Positions 47,918 to 57,308 are shown, counted from the first letter of the stretch. The stretch is DNA of 62,256 nt from a virus (IMGVR_UViG_3300035701_000029:1-62256); one strand, 5' to 3'. A program made the numbers and translations. The notes: generated by a model from the letters alone, not told the origin.

Positions 47918-48984
47918 ATGATCTTCCTTAGTGATTGAACAAAAACTTGTTTGCTGTACCTGCTATTAAGAAACTCTTTCATTTCAACTATGTCTGTTTC
48001 AAATGTAAGAGCCTTCTTCATTTGGGCAGTAAATTCTTCGGGAGTCCTAGCAAACAGTATGTGTTTGTCTAGGTACATCTCTCTGTTAAGCGGATTATCC
48101 CATACTACTGAAGTCTTTCCACACCACATGCACTCAGCTATAGTTCCAGAGCCACAATATGACCCTCTTTCGCCAGAAATACCAAATTTAGCCCCAGCGA
48201 TAAAGTTATACTTCTCTGTTTCGGTTATCTCTGACAAGATTCTTAAAGTGATGCCATGTTTAGCTGCTAGATTCTTGCATTTTACTTCATCTGGGCCACT
48301 ACCTACAAAATATAGGTCTAGTTCATCTTTAAGGTCTTTGAACATCTCGATAATTTCAGCTTGGCCCTTATGTTCATTAATACTGGCACACGAAATAGCG
48401 TAGTCCCTAGCCCCCTTATATGGTTTTGTGGGTTCTTCAAAAAATACTGGGTAGAAGACTTTACCGACTGGCATCTTATTAAGGTAAAAATAACTATTGT
48501 AATAGGTAGGTGTCTTAACTGCTATAAGATCCCAGTTCCCCCTACTTAGCTCTCGTTTGATCGTATCCCAGCTAGCTATATAATCGGAATAGTAATGATG
48601 CTTGCCACTATAGTAGTCCATAGGGATATCTAACAACATTACGTACTTCCTAATATTATCTATCTTAGATGCTATGGCTCTATACACATTTTCAGCAGAA
48701 GTTAAAACTGTGTGGTCTGTCGCCAACAAAACAACGTCTTTACCCTTACATCTTTCTATAAGATCCGGACTAACTACTAAATTACCGCTCTGTGAATCTA
48801 TCCTATTAAAAATGATTTCATCAGAAAGGCTTTCTGATGTTTTTAATTTCCGAAAAGAAAGCCTCGCTGGGAAAAGACAAATAGGGACAGTTTCAATGTC
48901 CATTTGTTTTTTAATTTCTTCTGATACAAGAAGGACAAAGTGTTCGGTTATTTTTGTAACCAAGATAATTACTTTATTGGGCAT
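47902..48984 (-). CDS. Glycosyltransferase (GT4-like)
   Basis: 'EHKGQ', 'VGSGP', 'IAECMWCGK'. Confidence 0.8.
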   Translation of the reverse strand: MPNKVIILVTKITEHFVLLVSEEIKKQMDIETVPICLFPARLSFRKLKTSESLSDEIIFNRIDSQSGNLVVSPDLIERCKGKDVVLLATDHTVLTSAENVYRAIASKIDNIRKYVMLLDIPMDYYSGKHHYYSDYIASWDTIKRELSRGNWDLIAVKTPTYYNSYFYLNKMPVGKVFYPVFFEEPTKPYKGARDYAISCASINEHKGQAEIIEMFKDLKDELDLYFVGSGPDEVKCKNLAAKHGITLRILSEITETEKYNFIAGAKFGISGERGSYCGSGTIAECMWCGKTSVVWDNPLNREMYLDKHILFARTPEEFTAQMKKALTFETDIVEMKEFLNSRYSKQVFVQSLRKIIWPNG

Positions 48985-50059
48985 CGTTGACTACCTTGCA
49001 AATTAAGTTAATATGCTCTTTTGTTAGAGAAATTGAAGATGGTAAACAAATGGTACGTTGGAATAAAGATATTGCATTTCCTTGACCAACTGTTTGTAGA
49101 TGTTTAGTAAACGGCAAGCTACTCATCGGTTTAAAAATGTACCTATAATCAATAAGATTGAGATCAAGTGCCCTCATAGCATCATCTCTTTTGTGCTTAT
49201 TAGGAAAAGTAAATGCATTTAACCAAAAATTAGGCTTTGCTCCAAGGACATGGGCCTGTGGATATGCTGGCGGGTTGATCCCTATCTCGTAAGACTTTCT
49301 GATTGTTGTTTTGTACTGTAGGAAGAATTCAATCTTTTTCAACTGTGAACGCCCCAGCGCTGCGGACATATGAGTCATTCTGTAGTTATACCCAGCTTTT
49401 GCATGATCGTATTCTTTACCACCTGGATAATGACTGACTAAATTGTACGCCTCTTCGTACTGCCAATCTGGGACAACTAAAGCTCCGCCTTCACCCGTAG
49501 TAATGATCTTATTAGCGAAAAAACTGAAAACCCCGTAGTCTCCCCTTGTCCCACAAAATCTTCCTCTAGCATCTTTGCTTCCAAGAGACTCGGCTGCATC
49601 TTCAATGACCACAATGTTCTTAGATTTGACATACTGTTCGAAATTGTCCGAAAATTCAAATGGTGTGCCAAGCAAATCCACAGTAATAATATGAGAAATA
49701 TCTTTGTCTTTGAGATATTGCCAATTCATATTCCAATCAGAACTAGTAATATCACAAAGAACAATCTTGTTTGTTTCTTGGAACAAAGCATTAAGAGTTG
49801 CAGCAAAAGTTATATCTGGAATTGCAACATATTCGGCGTTTCTAACTCCCGACAGAACATAGGCGATATGAAGAGCGGCACTACCGCTCGAAGTTAAAAC
49901 AATTCGTTTGTTAAGCTGCGCAAGACCTAAATAGTCTTCCAGATCGTGAGCAAATCGTACATACTCTGGCCCATGATGCGAAACCCATCCCATTTTCAAC
50001 CCATCGGACACTGCTTTAACATCTTGTTCTGTAATACAGGGCTCTAGTACTTTAATCAT
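48974..50059 (-). CDS. DegT/DnrJ/EryC1/StrS PLP-dependent sugar aminotransferase (perosamine synthase-like)
   Basis: 'SSGSAALH', 'IEDAAESLG', 'SFFANKIITTGEGG', 'GYNYRM', 'CLPSS'. Confidence 0.95.
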   Translation of the reverse strand: MIKVLEPCITEQDVKAVSDGLKMGWVSHHGPEYVRFAHDLEDYLGLAQLNKRIVLTSSGSAALHIAYVLSGVRNAEYVAIPDITFAATLNALFQETNKIVLCDITSSDWNMNWQYLKDKDISHIITVDLLGTPFEFSDNFEQYVKSKNIVVIEDAAESLGSKDARGRFCGTRGDYGVFSFFANKIITTGEGGALVVPDWQYEEAYNLVSHYPGGKEYDHAKAGYNYRMTHMSAALGRSQLKKIEFFLQYKTTIRKSYEIGINPPAYPQAHVLGAKPNFWLNAFTFPNKHKRDDAMRALDLNLIDYRYIFKPMSSLPFTKHLQTVGQGNAISLFQRTICLPSSISLTKEHINLICKVVNDAQ

Positions 50060-51132
50060 ACATACTCCTCAAAAATTTTAGTGAGTCTTTCGCCACTTGC
50101 CCTGGGGGAGAAATAATCGTCTACTCTTTTGTGCGCCCTGCGCCTTAAAGAAAAAAGATCAACCTCTCTATTAAGAACTTGAAGTATTTTAGCCTGTAGG
50201 TCTTCTACATCTTTAGGTTTTGCGTATATGGCACAATCCTCGTATTCTTCTCTATTGATAGGATAATCAAACACAACTGCCGGAACTCCCAAGGCCATAG
50301 CTTCTAGGGGAGCAATGGCTCCCATCCATGGGTTACATTGTGGGTAGCAAAGTAGCCTAGAGTTTTTAACAATTTCATGTTTCTTAAGTTCTGGCGCTTT
50401 GGGGAAATATTCAAATCGTTTGCCCAAATAAGATTTTGCTAAAGCTACTTGTTCCGCTTCCTGAGATCCACCAACTGCTACTGCTTTATAGCCAATATCA
50501 ATTCCATATAGGGCTTCTATTAAGTATCGACCCCCCTTAAATTCTTCAAACCTATGAGAAGAAGAGACATATGGCTCAACATCAACCATCTCCGAATTAT
50601 TTATTTTGTAAATCATGTCTAAAGTAGCAACTACGAAGAAAGACTTCTTAGCTGGCTTCTGAGTTCTCTTAGTATATTCTTCGGCAGCAACCGAACTAAT
50701 AAAAATCAAACTATCTAACTCTTCTCCAATTTTTAAATACCTATAAAACCTGTTAGAATAGTCTTGATTGTAGTTTGGTTGGCCTGGATCAATAACATGA
50801 ACTGGAAAATCTAAGAAAATACAAAATGCTGGAACTCCATAAAATTTTTTAAGTGACGCAACATATGGCACAACAGATTGATCTATTCCAATGATAACAT
50901 CTGGTTTTTCTATAGACTCGGGAATAGTAGTATAGACCCCATGAGGAACTTTTATAATGTCTTCGCTAATTAAGGGAGCTGGTATCCACCCGTTACAAAA
51001 AATTCCATGATCTATATCGTGAAGAATCTTCACTTCATGGCCCACTTCTTTTAACCCAGAAGCAATTGCTAATTCCTGATGGCCAACAAATAAAGTGCCG
51101 TTAGCTATGCACAGAACTTTCATTACACACAT
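50056..51132 (-). CDS. Glycosyltransferase (GT4-like), paralogue of 51101..52183
   Basis: 'LEAMALGVPAVVFD'; shares 'HQEL.IA.GLK..G.EV' and 'G.DQSV' with its neighbour. Confidence 0.85.
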   Translation of the reverse strand: MCVMKVLCIANGTLFVGHQELAIASGLKEVGHEVKILHDIDHGIFCNGWIPAPLISEDIIKVPHGVYTTIPESIEKPDVIIGIDQSVVPYVASLKKFYGVPAFCIFLDFPVHVIDPGQPNYNQDYSNRFYRYLKIGEELDSLIFISSVAAEEYTKRTQKPAKKSFFVVATLDMIYKINNSEMVDVEPYVSSSHRFEEFKGGRYLIEALYGIDIGYKAVAVGGSQEAEQVALAKSYLGKRFEYFPKAPELKKHEIVKNSRLLCYPQCNPWMGAIAPLEAMALGVPAVVFDYPINREEYEDCAIYAKPKDVEDLQAKILQVLNREVDLFSLRRRAHKRVDDYFSPRASGERLTKIFEEYV

Positions 51133-52183
51133 GCTCCAAAATTTGAGTTAGCGCTTTTCCTGCTTGTTCTGGTGTAAACATCAATTGAACCCGTTCTTTG
51201 CCCCTAGCCTTTAGGGTTTCGAGATCAATTTCTTTGTTTAACACCAATAAAAGCTTTTCTTGTAAGTCGTCTATATTTTTAGGGGCTGTATATACAACAG
51301 AGTCACCAAAAAACTCTTTGTACAAAGGGAAGTCAGAGCAAACTACAGGAGTCCCCATATACAAGGCCTCAAGAACAGCCATCCCCCCTGACCATCCACA
51401 TAAATTGGGGTAGCAAAGAACTTTCGCACTTTTCAATAATCTCCACTTATTAGCTTCTGCAAGTTTTGGATATGGGTGGAATTTATCCGCAAGCATTCTT
51501 TGAGCAAACGCTATAACTTGGGGCTCAATAAACCCCCCTGCAAAAGCAGCGCAATAGTCTACCATCATTTCACTAAGAGCTTTAATAAGGTACTCTGTTC
51601 CATTGTAGCTAAAGAATTTATGAGTAGAAGCTATATAGGGAACGTCAATATCGAATTTTTTACCATCAATTGCATTTGTTGTGCAAAGAGGGTAGTAAAA
51701 ATAGTATGGGGGCTTGCGCAAGTTATTAGCAGCCCTAAGCGCCATGGTTTTACTGGTGAAAATTATACCTCCACTCATTTCGTTTGCGTAATTAATGGCG
51801 GTGTAGTAGTTAGCTGAATATTCTGGATCATAGTCCTGCGGAGACCCCTCATCAATCATATGACGTGGATAATCAAGCATAATGCAACTAGCAGGGCAAT
51901 GATACTCGCTCTCATATGCCCTAGTCAAAGCAGACACACTCTGGTCTAGCCCCAAACAGCAATCTACCCCCTTAATCCCCTTCTCAACTTCGAAATCTCC
52001 CGGCTTTTTAATTATGATCTCTTTAGATAAGAGAGGAGGGGGGATGTATCCCTTGTTAAATTCGCTACATTGTGGGTCATGAAGAATAACCACTTCGTTT
52101 CCAGCTTGCTTAAGCCCCGCTGCTATATGCAACTCTTGATGGGCCATTGATAAAAACCCATTACCAATTAATAGTACCTTCAT
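51101..52183 (-). CDS. Glycosyltransferase (GT4-like), paralogue of 50056..51132
   Basis: 'VLEALYMGTPVVCSD'. Confidence 0.85.
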   Translation of the reverse strand: MKVLLIGNGFLSMAHQELHIAAGLKQAGNEVVILHDPQCSEFNKGYIPPPLLSKEIIIKKPGDFEVEKGIKGVDCCLGLDQSVSALTRAYESEYHCPASCIMLDYPRHMIDEGSPQDYDPEYSANYYTAINYANEMSGGIIFTSKTMALRAANNLRKPPYYFYYPLCTTNAIDGKKFDIDVPYIASTHKFFSYNGTEYLIKALSEMMVDYCAAFAGGFIEPQVIAFAQRMLADKFHPYPKLAEANKWRLLKSAKVLCYPNLCGWSGGMAVLEALYMGTPVVCSDFPLYKEFFGDSVVYTAPKNIDDLQEKLLLVLNKEIDLETLKARGKERVQLMFTPEQAGKALTQILEHVCNESSVHS

Positions 52184-52404
52184 TTATCCACCCAAACAAT
52201 TCCCGAAAAGAACAACCATTCTATGTCTGATCTTTTAAGCTTTACCTTGCGGTTATCGGCGAAGTATAGAAAACATTCTAGGCAGAGTTTTTTTTCAACT
52301 AGGCTGGCCGGAACAGACATGGCCCAAATAATATCGTTGATCTTATAGCTTGCTCTCCTGATTTTCTTGCAATAGCTACAGCGTTTTTCCATATTCTCAT
52401 CCAC
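52180..52404 (-). CDS. Small Cys-rich (Zn-binding) protein
   Basis: CSYC...LCLEC. Confidence 0.6.
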   Translation of the reverse strand: MDENMEKRCSYCKKIRRASYKINDIIWAMSVPASLVEKKLCLECFLYFADNRKVKLKRSDIEWLFFSGIVWVDK

Positions 52405-53363
52405 TAGGTTAGCTCCATGTGTTTAAAAATCTTTTCAAAGCTATGCTTAAAGGTAAAAGAAGATAAGACCGTGTTCATTCCCCTATCTGCAATCTTTTTC
52501 CTAAGATCCGGTTTGTCTCGGTAAAACTCTATTTTATCGGCACACTCTTCGTTAGAACTATATAGAATGATATTCCTTCCGTCTTGAAAGAAATCTGTAT
52601 GGCCCTTAATTCTGTTGGTTATTAAGAACCCACCAGCAGCCATAATTCTATAGTCCCTAGCGCTCCAAGAGTATTTAATATTTGGCCATCCGCTATGTCC
52701 AAGGTTTATAATGGAATTAGCAGAGACTACGTTGTTGCCCCAATTGCCAGTAATGCTTTCTCCAACGTGTCGGCCTTTCAGATCAACTGTCCCATAGATT
52801 TTTCCATAAATTTTAATAAGATCATCAAACTTTTCAACCAAGTACTTTAGCCAATCTGCCCTATCTAGGTGAACAAACCCTCTTTGTTTATACCATTGAG
52901 AATCTTCTACTATTTGGCCAACAAAAGTACACCCATAGTAGTTATTAGTCTTAATTGGATAGTGAGACCACGGATCGCAGCCTTCTGGAACCCAGTAACC
53001 TTTAGGAAAAGCCTTGGCGTGATCTGGGGAGATGGTGAAAAAGTAGTCTAGCTTATCTAACCCTGGGCGTAGAGAACTTACTGGAACTTCTACGCCGCCA
53101 AATGTAACATCGAAGATCCAACCGCATTTTATGGGGCACTCTATCCAATCAATGAAGTGTTCTAACTCATTAAGATATAGAATAAGACAAACATCTGGCT
53201 TTATTGTATTGATAAAATCTACGGTTCGCTCAATTGAATGATTCCGATGATCGGAGAATGAAAAATCTATTTCTAGGGCGTGTTCTCTGGCAAATTCATG
53301 TAGTCCGTTACGTAAAAAAATGTTAGACTGCCCATCATTGGGCATAGACAAATGAACTTTCAT
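52404..53363 (-). CDS. CgeB-like glycosyltransferase (GT-B)
   Basis: 'TFVG', 'WSARDYRIMAAGGFLIT', 'RKKIADRG' pattern of CgeB / glycosyl transferase group 1-like proteins. Confidence 0.8.
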   Translation of the reverse strand: MKVHLSMPNDGQSNIFLRNGLHEFAREHALEIDFSFSDHRNHSIERTVDFINTIKPDVCLILYLNELEHFIDWIECPIKCGWIFDVTFGGVEVPVSSLRPGLDKLDYFFTISPDHAKAFPKGYWVPEGCDPWSHYPIKTNNYYGCTFVGQIVEDSQWYKQRGFVHLDRADWLKYLVEKFDDLIKIYGKIYGTVDLKGRHVGESITGNWGNNVVSANSIINLGHSGWPNIKYSWSARDYRIMAAGGFLITNRIKGHTDFFQDGRNIILYSSNEECADKIEFYRDKPDLRKKIADRGMNTVLSSFTFKHSFEKIFKHMELT

Positions 53364-53621
53364 TTAAAATGACCTGTCATATTCTGCCCAACCAGCCGAT
53401 TCAAGCTCTTCCTTCAATTCTTGGGCTAGCTTCTTAATGTGGCTCCTTGTTGACGAAGTTACATCCATCCCACCCTGAAGCTTAACGATTTTGTCTTCTA
53501 GCCTACGATTTTTAGCCTCAAGGCCCTTAATTACTCGCTGAAGCTCTTGAATAGCTTCTTTGGCCATGTCGTCTAGTTGCTTGGGGTCAACAGAAACCTC
53601 AATTTTGGTTTTCATATACAA
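53364..53621 (-). CDS. Coiled-coil hypothetical protein
   Basis: 85 aa heptad pattern. Confidence 0.6.
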   Translation of the reverse strand: MYMKTKIEVSVDPKQLDDMAKEAIQELQRVIKGLEAKNRRLEDKIVKLQGGMDVTSSTRSHIKKLAQELKEELESAGWAEYDRSF

Positions 53622-54568
53622 CTCCGTAAAACCCTATTACAGATTTCGTATCTAAGTTCCATTTCGGCCTTCGCAACATCTCTAAAATTTTGACCGTATT
53701 GTTCTTGACCTTGGTTAGACGCATGAATCTGTTCCGAAATCGAAGTTGCTATACTTCTTGGAGAGTCGTTTCTCTTAACACATAAGGAAGATGGGACCCA
53801 AGATAAACTATTGCTAACTAAACATGGTACATGACACATGGCATGTTCATAGGCCGCAATATTAAATGAGTCACTATAGGTAACCTGCAACCCCAATCTA
53901 GAACTAGCGACAATCCTTGTTTTTTCTTCTTCGGTAATTGAGGCAACAGAGTTAGACCAATTGTCAATACCAAACATTTTTTGAAAATAATCAAAGGGTT
54001 CATATGCCATCATATAGCTGTAAACTGGCTCTTTTACATGGAAGTCTCTTTGGGCAATTTTAATAGCGGCTAACTGGTTCATAAAGTTCCTATGAGCCCT
54101 AAGATTGTTCCCAATCAATAAAATCCCACTTCTCTTATGTATAGGGGTGTATATTCCTTCAAAATCTGAGACAACCGGTAGAAAAACAATTCTTTTGTCC
54201 GCAAAAGTCTCCGAAATTCCTTTATCGGAACAAAAAATATAATCTAGTTTGTGCGATCTGTCCTCCAACATAGACAAAAGGTGGCCAAATAATGAAATTT
54301 CGCCATTACATGATGCTTGCCCTAACGGAGAACAGAACAAATACCCAATTTTTACTCTAGATGGTAGGTTTTGTATCCACTCATAGACCTCTTGCGGTAA
54401 ATAATTGCCAAAAATCACTAAGTCGGCATGTTTGATCTCCTCATAAACATAATCCATTGAAGAGATACCACCAATTTTATGCTTTGTTAGGCCAGTTTTC
54501 TCCAAAGAGCGCATGGTGGTGTTCAACCCGTTGTGTGGATCACTAGATTTGTTTATGGTATAAATCAT
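53612..54568 (-). CDS. Glycosyltransferase-like protein
   Basis: 'LGLQVTYSDSFNIAAYEHAMCHVPCLVS' degenerate GT-B C-terminal motif. Confidence 0.65.
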   Translation of the reverse strand: MIYTINKSSDPHNGLNTTMRSLEKTGLTKHKIGGISSMDYVYEEIKHADLVIFGNYLPQEVYEWIQNLPSRVKIGYLFCSPLGQASCNGEISLFGHLLSMLEDRSHKLDYIFCSDKGISETFADKRIVFLPVVSDFEGIYTPIHKRSGILLIGNNLRAHRNFMNQLAAIKIAQRDFHVKEPVYSYMMAYEPFDYFQKMFGIDNWSNSVASITEEEKTRIVASSRLGLQVTYSDSFNIAAYEHAMCHVPCLVSNSLSWVPSSLCVKRNDSPRSIATSISEQIHASNQGQEQYGQNFRDVAKAEMELRYEICNRVLRSCI

Positions 54569-54783
54569 TTGCTACTCTTTGATGGAAAAAACAATGAAGA
54601 AAGAAAGTAAATAGTGAGAAAAACACCAAATGCCTGGTACGGGGTGATTGCTTTTTGGCCAAACACCTCAACCATCACCCAATTCCACAGTGTATGTGTT
54701 ATCCAAGACCCCAATAATATATAAACTATGATAAAAATGGCAGCAGTAACTCCAATAAGAACCCATTCCCATATTTTAATCAT
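54565..54783 (-). CDS. Small membrane protein
   Basis: 72 aa, two hydrophobic segments. Confidence 0.65.
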   Translation of the reverse strand: MIKIWEWVLIGVTAAIFIIVYILLGSWITHTLWNWVMVEVFGQKAITPYQAFGVFLTIYFLSSLFFPSKSSK

Positions 54784-55085
54784 ATTCTTCTCTTCCTTCG
54801 CTTCGGTGGAGCTATGCTAACTATGGTAGTTTTATCCACTTTAGGCCGTCCCCTCTTAGCCTTTGTAGTAACAGTGGTAGATTCTTCAATTTTAGCCATT
54901 TCATCAGGACCAAAATACCTCAAAATAGAGTTAAGAGACTGATGATCTAAAACTTGACCCTCTCTTATAATTGCTTCTATCTTTTCGTATTTTTTTCTAC
55001 AGGGAGTGCAAAGGTAAATGCCCTTCCATTTCTCAAGTAGATAAACCCGATGAACACATATCGGGCAGCACAACTGGTCGATCAT
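54780..55085 (-). CDS. Zn-finger protein with AT-hook-like KRGRPK
   Basis: CPIC...CTPC; basic C-terminus. Confidence 0.6.
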   Translation of the reverse strand: MIDQLCCPICVHRVYLLEKWKGIYLCTPCRKKYEKIEAIIREGQVLDHQSLNSILRYFGPDEMAKIEESTTVTTKAKRGRPKVDKTTIVSIAPPKRRKRRI

Positions 55086-55318
55086 CTGATTTTAATAGTC
55101 AGTTGAATTGGAAGCTTGATGTTGGGGCTAATGTAGAATGTTTCTTTGGAGATACCATGAGCCTTACCATAATCGGTAAAACACTTAACCAATTCATTAT
55201 AAATGTTTGCTTCTGTAATCACTAACTCACCAACATATTGATCTGCGGAGTTAGTAAGGGTAAATGTGTTTTGGTCCATTGTCCCCGAAACCTTTATATG
55301 TCCTTTAAGGTCAATCAT
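55082..55318 (-). CDS. Hypothetical protein
   Basis: 78 aa, coupled to neighbours. Confidence 0.55.
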   Translation of the reverse strand: MIDLKGHIKVSGTMDQNTFTLTNSADQYVGELVITEANIYNELVKCFTDYGKAHGISKETFYISPNIKLPIQLTIKIR

Positions 55319-55460
55319 CTTCTTCCTCTTCTTCTTCGTCAGCAGTACTTTCTTCTATAAGCCCTTTTTCCGCTCCGCAGATTGGACATCCTTCTTCCCA
55401 TTCGAAAATAAATGGATAGGTGTCTATGTACGAACAAATAGTGCATTGGACTTTTTCCAT
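55311..55460 (-). CDS. Rubredoxin/Zn-ribbon-like peptide with acidic tail (49 aa; not in ORF track)
   Basis: GGAGGGG SD; MEKVQCTICSYIDTYPFIFEWEEGCPICGAEKGLIEESTADEEEEEEDD. Confidence 0.7.
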   Translation of the reverse strand: MEKVQCTICSYIDTYPFIFEWEEGCPICGAEKGLIEESTADEEEEEEDD

Positions 55461-55530
55461 ACGAGCCCCTCCGCTCTAAAGGAAAAGCCCCTTTTTGGGG
55501 CATTGTTAAGTTTTTCGAAAGTTCCAAATT

Positions 55531-55809
55531 TCACTGGTTAAAGTACTCCATAACGTCTCCGGACCTATGTATAAGAACTTGGCCTCCTGACGGAAAGTTC
55601 CCTGATCTAATATATATCTGTATCAACTCTTGCTCATACAGAAGTTTGAAGCGTTCAAGCTCTGACTGTGTGATAAAGATTTGTCTGCGATTGTTGTACT
55701 TGACTGCAAGTTCAGCAATAAACGACAGCACAGACAGCTTAACTTTGATGTTTGTAAACTTGGCTAGTTCCTCGGTAGTAGCATGAGCGAGTTTTCTAAA
55801 CCCCTTCAA
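55531..55809 (-). CDS. Hypothetical protein
   Basis: 92 aa with GGAG SD. Confidence 0.55.
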   Translation of the reverse strand: MKGFRKLAHATTEELAKFTNIKVKLSVLSFIAELAVKYNNRRQIFITQSELERFKLLYEQELIQIYIRSGNFPSGGQVLIHRSGDVMEYFNQ

Positions 55810-56227
55810 AATCTCCTACCTCCCTTGGGAGAGCCTTACCCTTAATTGGAGATGTCATAATATAGTCCAAATAAGTTATTGGGTCCATCGTTAAATTATA
55901 GGCGTACTTAATCTCTCCATGATCGACAAATTTCTGTTCTTGGACATGATAATGGTCGTGGATAAAGCTAGAGTCATAAGGGTAGTGAACTTCTACGTCA
56001 CAAGTCACTTCTCCATCAATCATGGTATAATCAGGATCGTTTTCATACTCAATAGTAACAACACCACCAGAAGTACACATGAACGCAATAACCCCAGCAA
56101 AAAACTCCTTGTAGTACTCCTCGCAGTGGTCTACGTTTTCGCCAGAAGAATTTCTAAATTCATTAATTAAGGAAGAGATGTCTTTACCCAACTCCCTAGA
56201 CCGCTTTAAAAGCTGTTCTTTTGTCAT
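55796..56227 (-). CDS. Hypothetical protein
   Basis: 143 aa with GAGGGG SD. Confidence 0.6.
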   Translation of the reverse strand: MTKEQLLKRSRELGKDISSLINEFRNSSGENVDHCEEYYKEFFAGVIAFMCTSGGVVTIEYENDPDYTMIDGEVTCDVEVHYPYDSSFIHDHYHVQEQKFVDHGEIKYAYNLTMDPITYLDYIMTSPIKGKALPREVGDFEGV

Positions 56228-56292
56228 GTTCCCCCTCGAACGTGTTGACTGTCTAGCTGTTGACTCTGATATCTCTTATATCCTACACTCCT

Positions 56293-56451
56293 CTACGCAT
56301 CACCGGTGTCTTCTGCTTCCGACAACAATTCATCTACCCGCTTCAAAACCTCTTCTTTATCTAAAATAGCTTCGTTCTCATATTCATAGTTACCAGTCTT
56401 CATCCATTCCAACAAATAGCCTTTAGTTAAACAGCGAATTGCTAAATACAT
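56293..56451 (-). CDS. Small hypothetical protein (52 aa; not in ORF track)
   Basis: GAGGGGTGA SD; MYLAIRCLTKGYLLEWMKTGNYEYENEAILDKEEVLKRVDELLSEAEDTGDA. Confidence 0.6.
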   Translation of the reverse strand: MYLAIRCLTKGYLLEWMKTGNYEYENEAILDKEEVLKRVDELLSEAEDTGDA

Positions 56452-56491
56452 AGCGTCACCCCCTCTTAGTCTTAATACGGTTTAGCCAAAC

Positions 56492-56522
56492 AAAAAAAAG
56501 GAGCCGATTTTACTCGGCTCCC
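56492..56522 (-). terminator. Intrinsic terminator
   Basis: Minus strand ggagccga-gtaaaa-tcggctcc followed by T8. Confidence 0.85.
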
Positions 56523-56570
56523 TGTCCCCTCCAACCCTAGCGGTGCGCGCTAGCGATTAGCTTTGAAAAT

Positions 56571-56609
56571 AAAAAAGGGACGAGGGGCTCAGTAAATGCC
56601 CCCCGCCCC
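56571..56609 (-). terminator. Intrinsic terminator
   Basis: Minus strand ggggcggggggc...gcccctcgtccc followed by T6. Confidence 0.75.
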
Positions 56610-56654
56610 ACCGAAAGGAGTGAGCAGATGAGATCGCTCACGCTTGAAATACAA

Positions 56655-56777
56655 TTAAACACTTTTCTTCTCAGAGTCAAGAGGAAGTCTTGTTTCTAAT
56701 GTTTTTCTAATGAGTTCAATTTCTTTAGTAGCTGCCTTAAGGATGTTTATTAATTCCCATTCGAAATCTCTACTCAT
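56655..56777 (-). CDS. Small hypothetical protein (40 aa; not in ORF track)
   Basis: MSRDFEWELINILKAATKEIELIRKTLETRLPLDSEKKSV; overlaps the upstream stop. Confidence 0.5.
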   Translation of the reverse strand: MSRDFEWELINILKAATKEIELIRKTLETRLPLDSEKKSV

Positions 56778-56985
56778 TGTCTAATCCCAATCCTTTTAAA
56801 TAAGTCTGGCATAGATTGGCTAAAAATCCTACTTCTCTGGGAGTGAGCCAAATCTTTGTGCTATTATACAAGGGGTCGTCCTTATCGAAATATATGCAAA
56901 TATGGGCACTTAAATTCTTATCAAGCTCGAAGGTCAATTCTCCCTTGCCTTTTTCGTCGGTAAGGGCTAGTTGCATTGAACTCAT
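56770..56985 (-). CDS. Hypothetical protein
   Basis: 71 aa with AAGGGG SD. Confidence 0.55.
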   Translation of the reverse strand: MSSMQLALTDEKGKGELTFELDKNLSAHICIYFDKDDPLYNSTKIWLTPREVGFLANLCQTYLKGLGLDNE

Positions 56986-57056
56986 ACAGTCCCCTTCTTA
57001 AAAATCATCAACGCATACAGTTAATAGATAGAAGATCCCTTAGACCCCAAATTTTT

Positions 57057-57308
57057 TTAAATTAAAGAAGTTGTCCAAAATGGCGGAGCGTCTTCATCGT
57101 TTACTGGTTTAACAAATACAGCATAAAACACAGAATGGCATCTATCACAAGTGAATGGTGAATGTCTGTTGACATCACTAGTTACGTCTTTTTTAGCTTC
57201 GGTTAGATAGAATACTCGCATAGCCATATTTTCCGATCCCTTGCTTTGGGCACTATACAGCTTCCCGCATCTTGGGCAGGGGCAAAGAACTGTATCATAA
57301 ATTCCCAT
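57057..57308 (-). CDS. Zn-ribbon protein
   Basis: 'MGIYDTV.CPCPRCG...QSK...CDRC'; AGGAGG SD. Confidence 0.7.
   Translation of the reverse strand: MGIYDTVLCPCPRCGKLYSAQSKGSENMAMRVFYLTEAKKDVTSDVNRHSPFTCDRCHSVFYAVFVKPVNDEDAPPFWTTSLI

Noticed and set aside
55339-55527. 62-aa ORF from the track
   Set aside because: An overlapping frame (55311..55460) has a strong SD and clear CxxC motifs and is the better gene call.
56628-56699. Plus-strand 23-aa ORF after GAAAGGAG as a type I toxin
   Set aside because: The peptide is not clearly hydrophobic, is antisense to a minus-strand ORF and has no evident promoter. The sequence is better explained as part of a minus-strand structured RNA.
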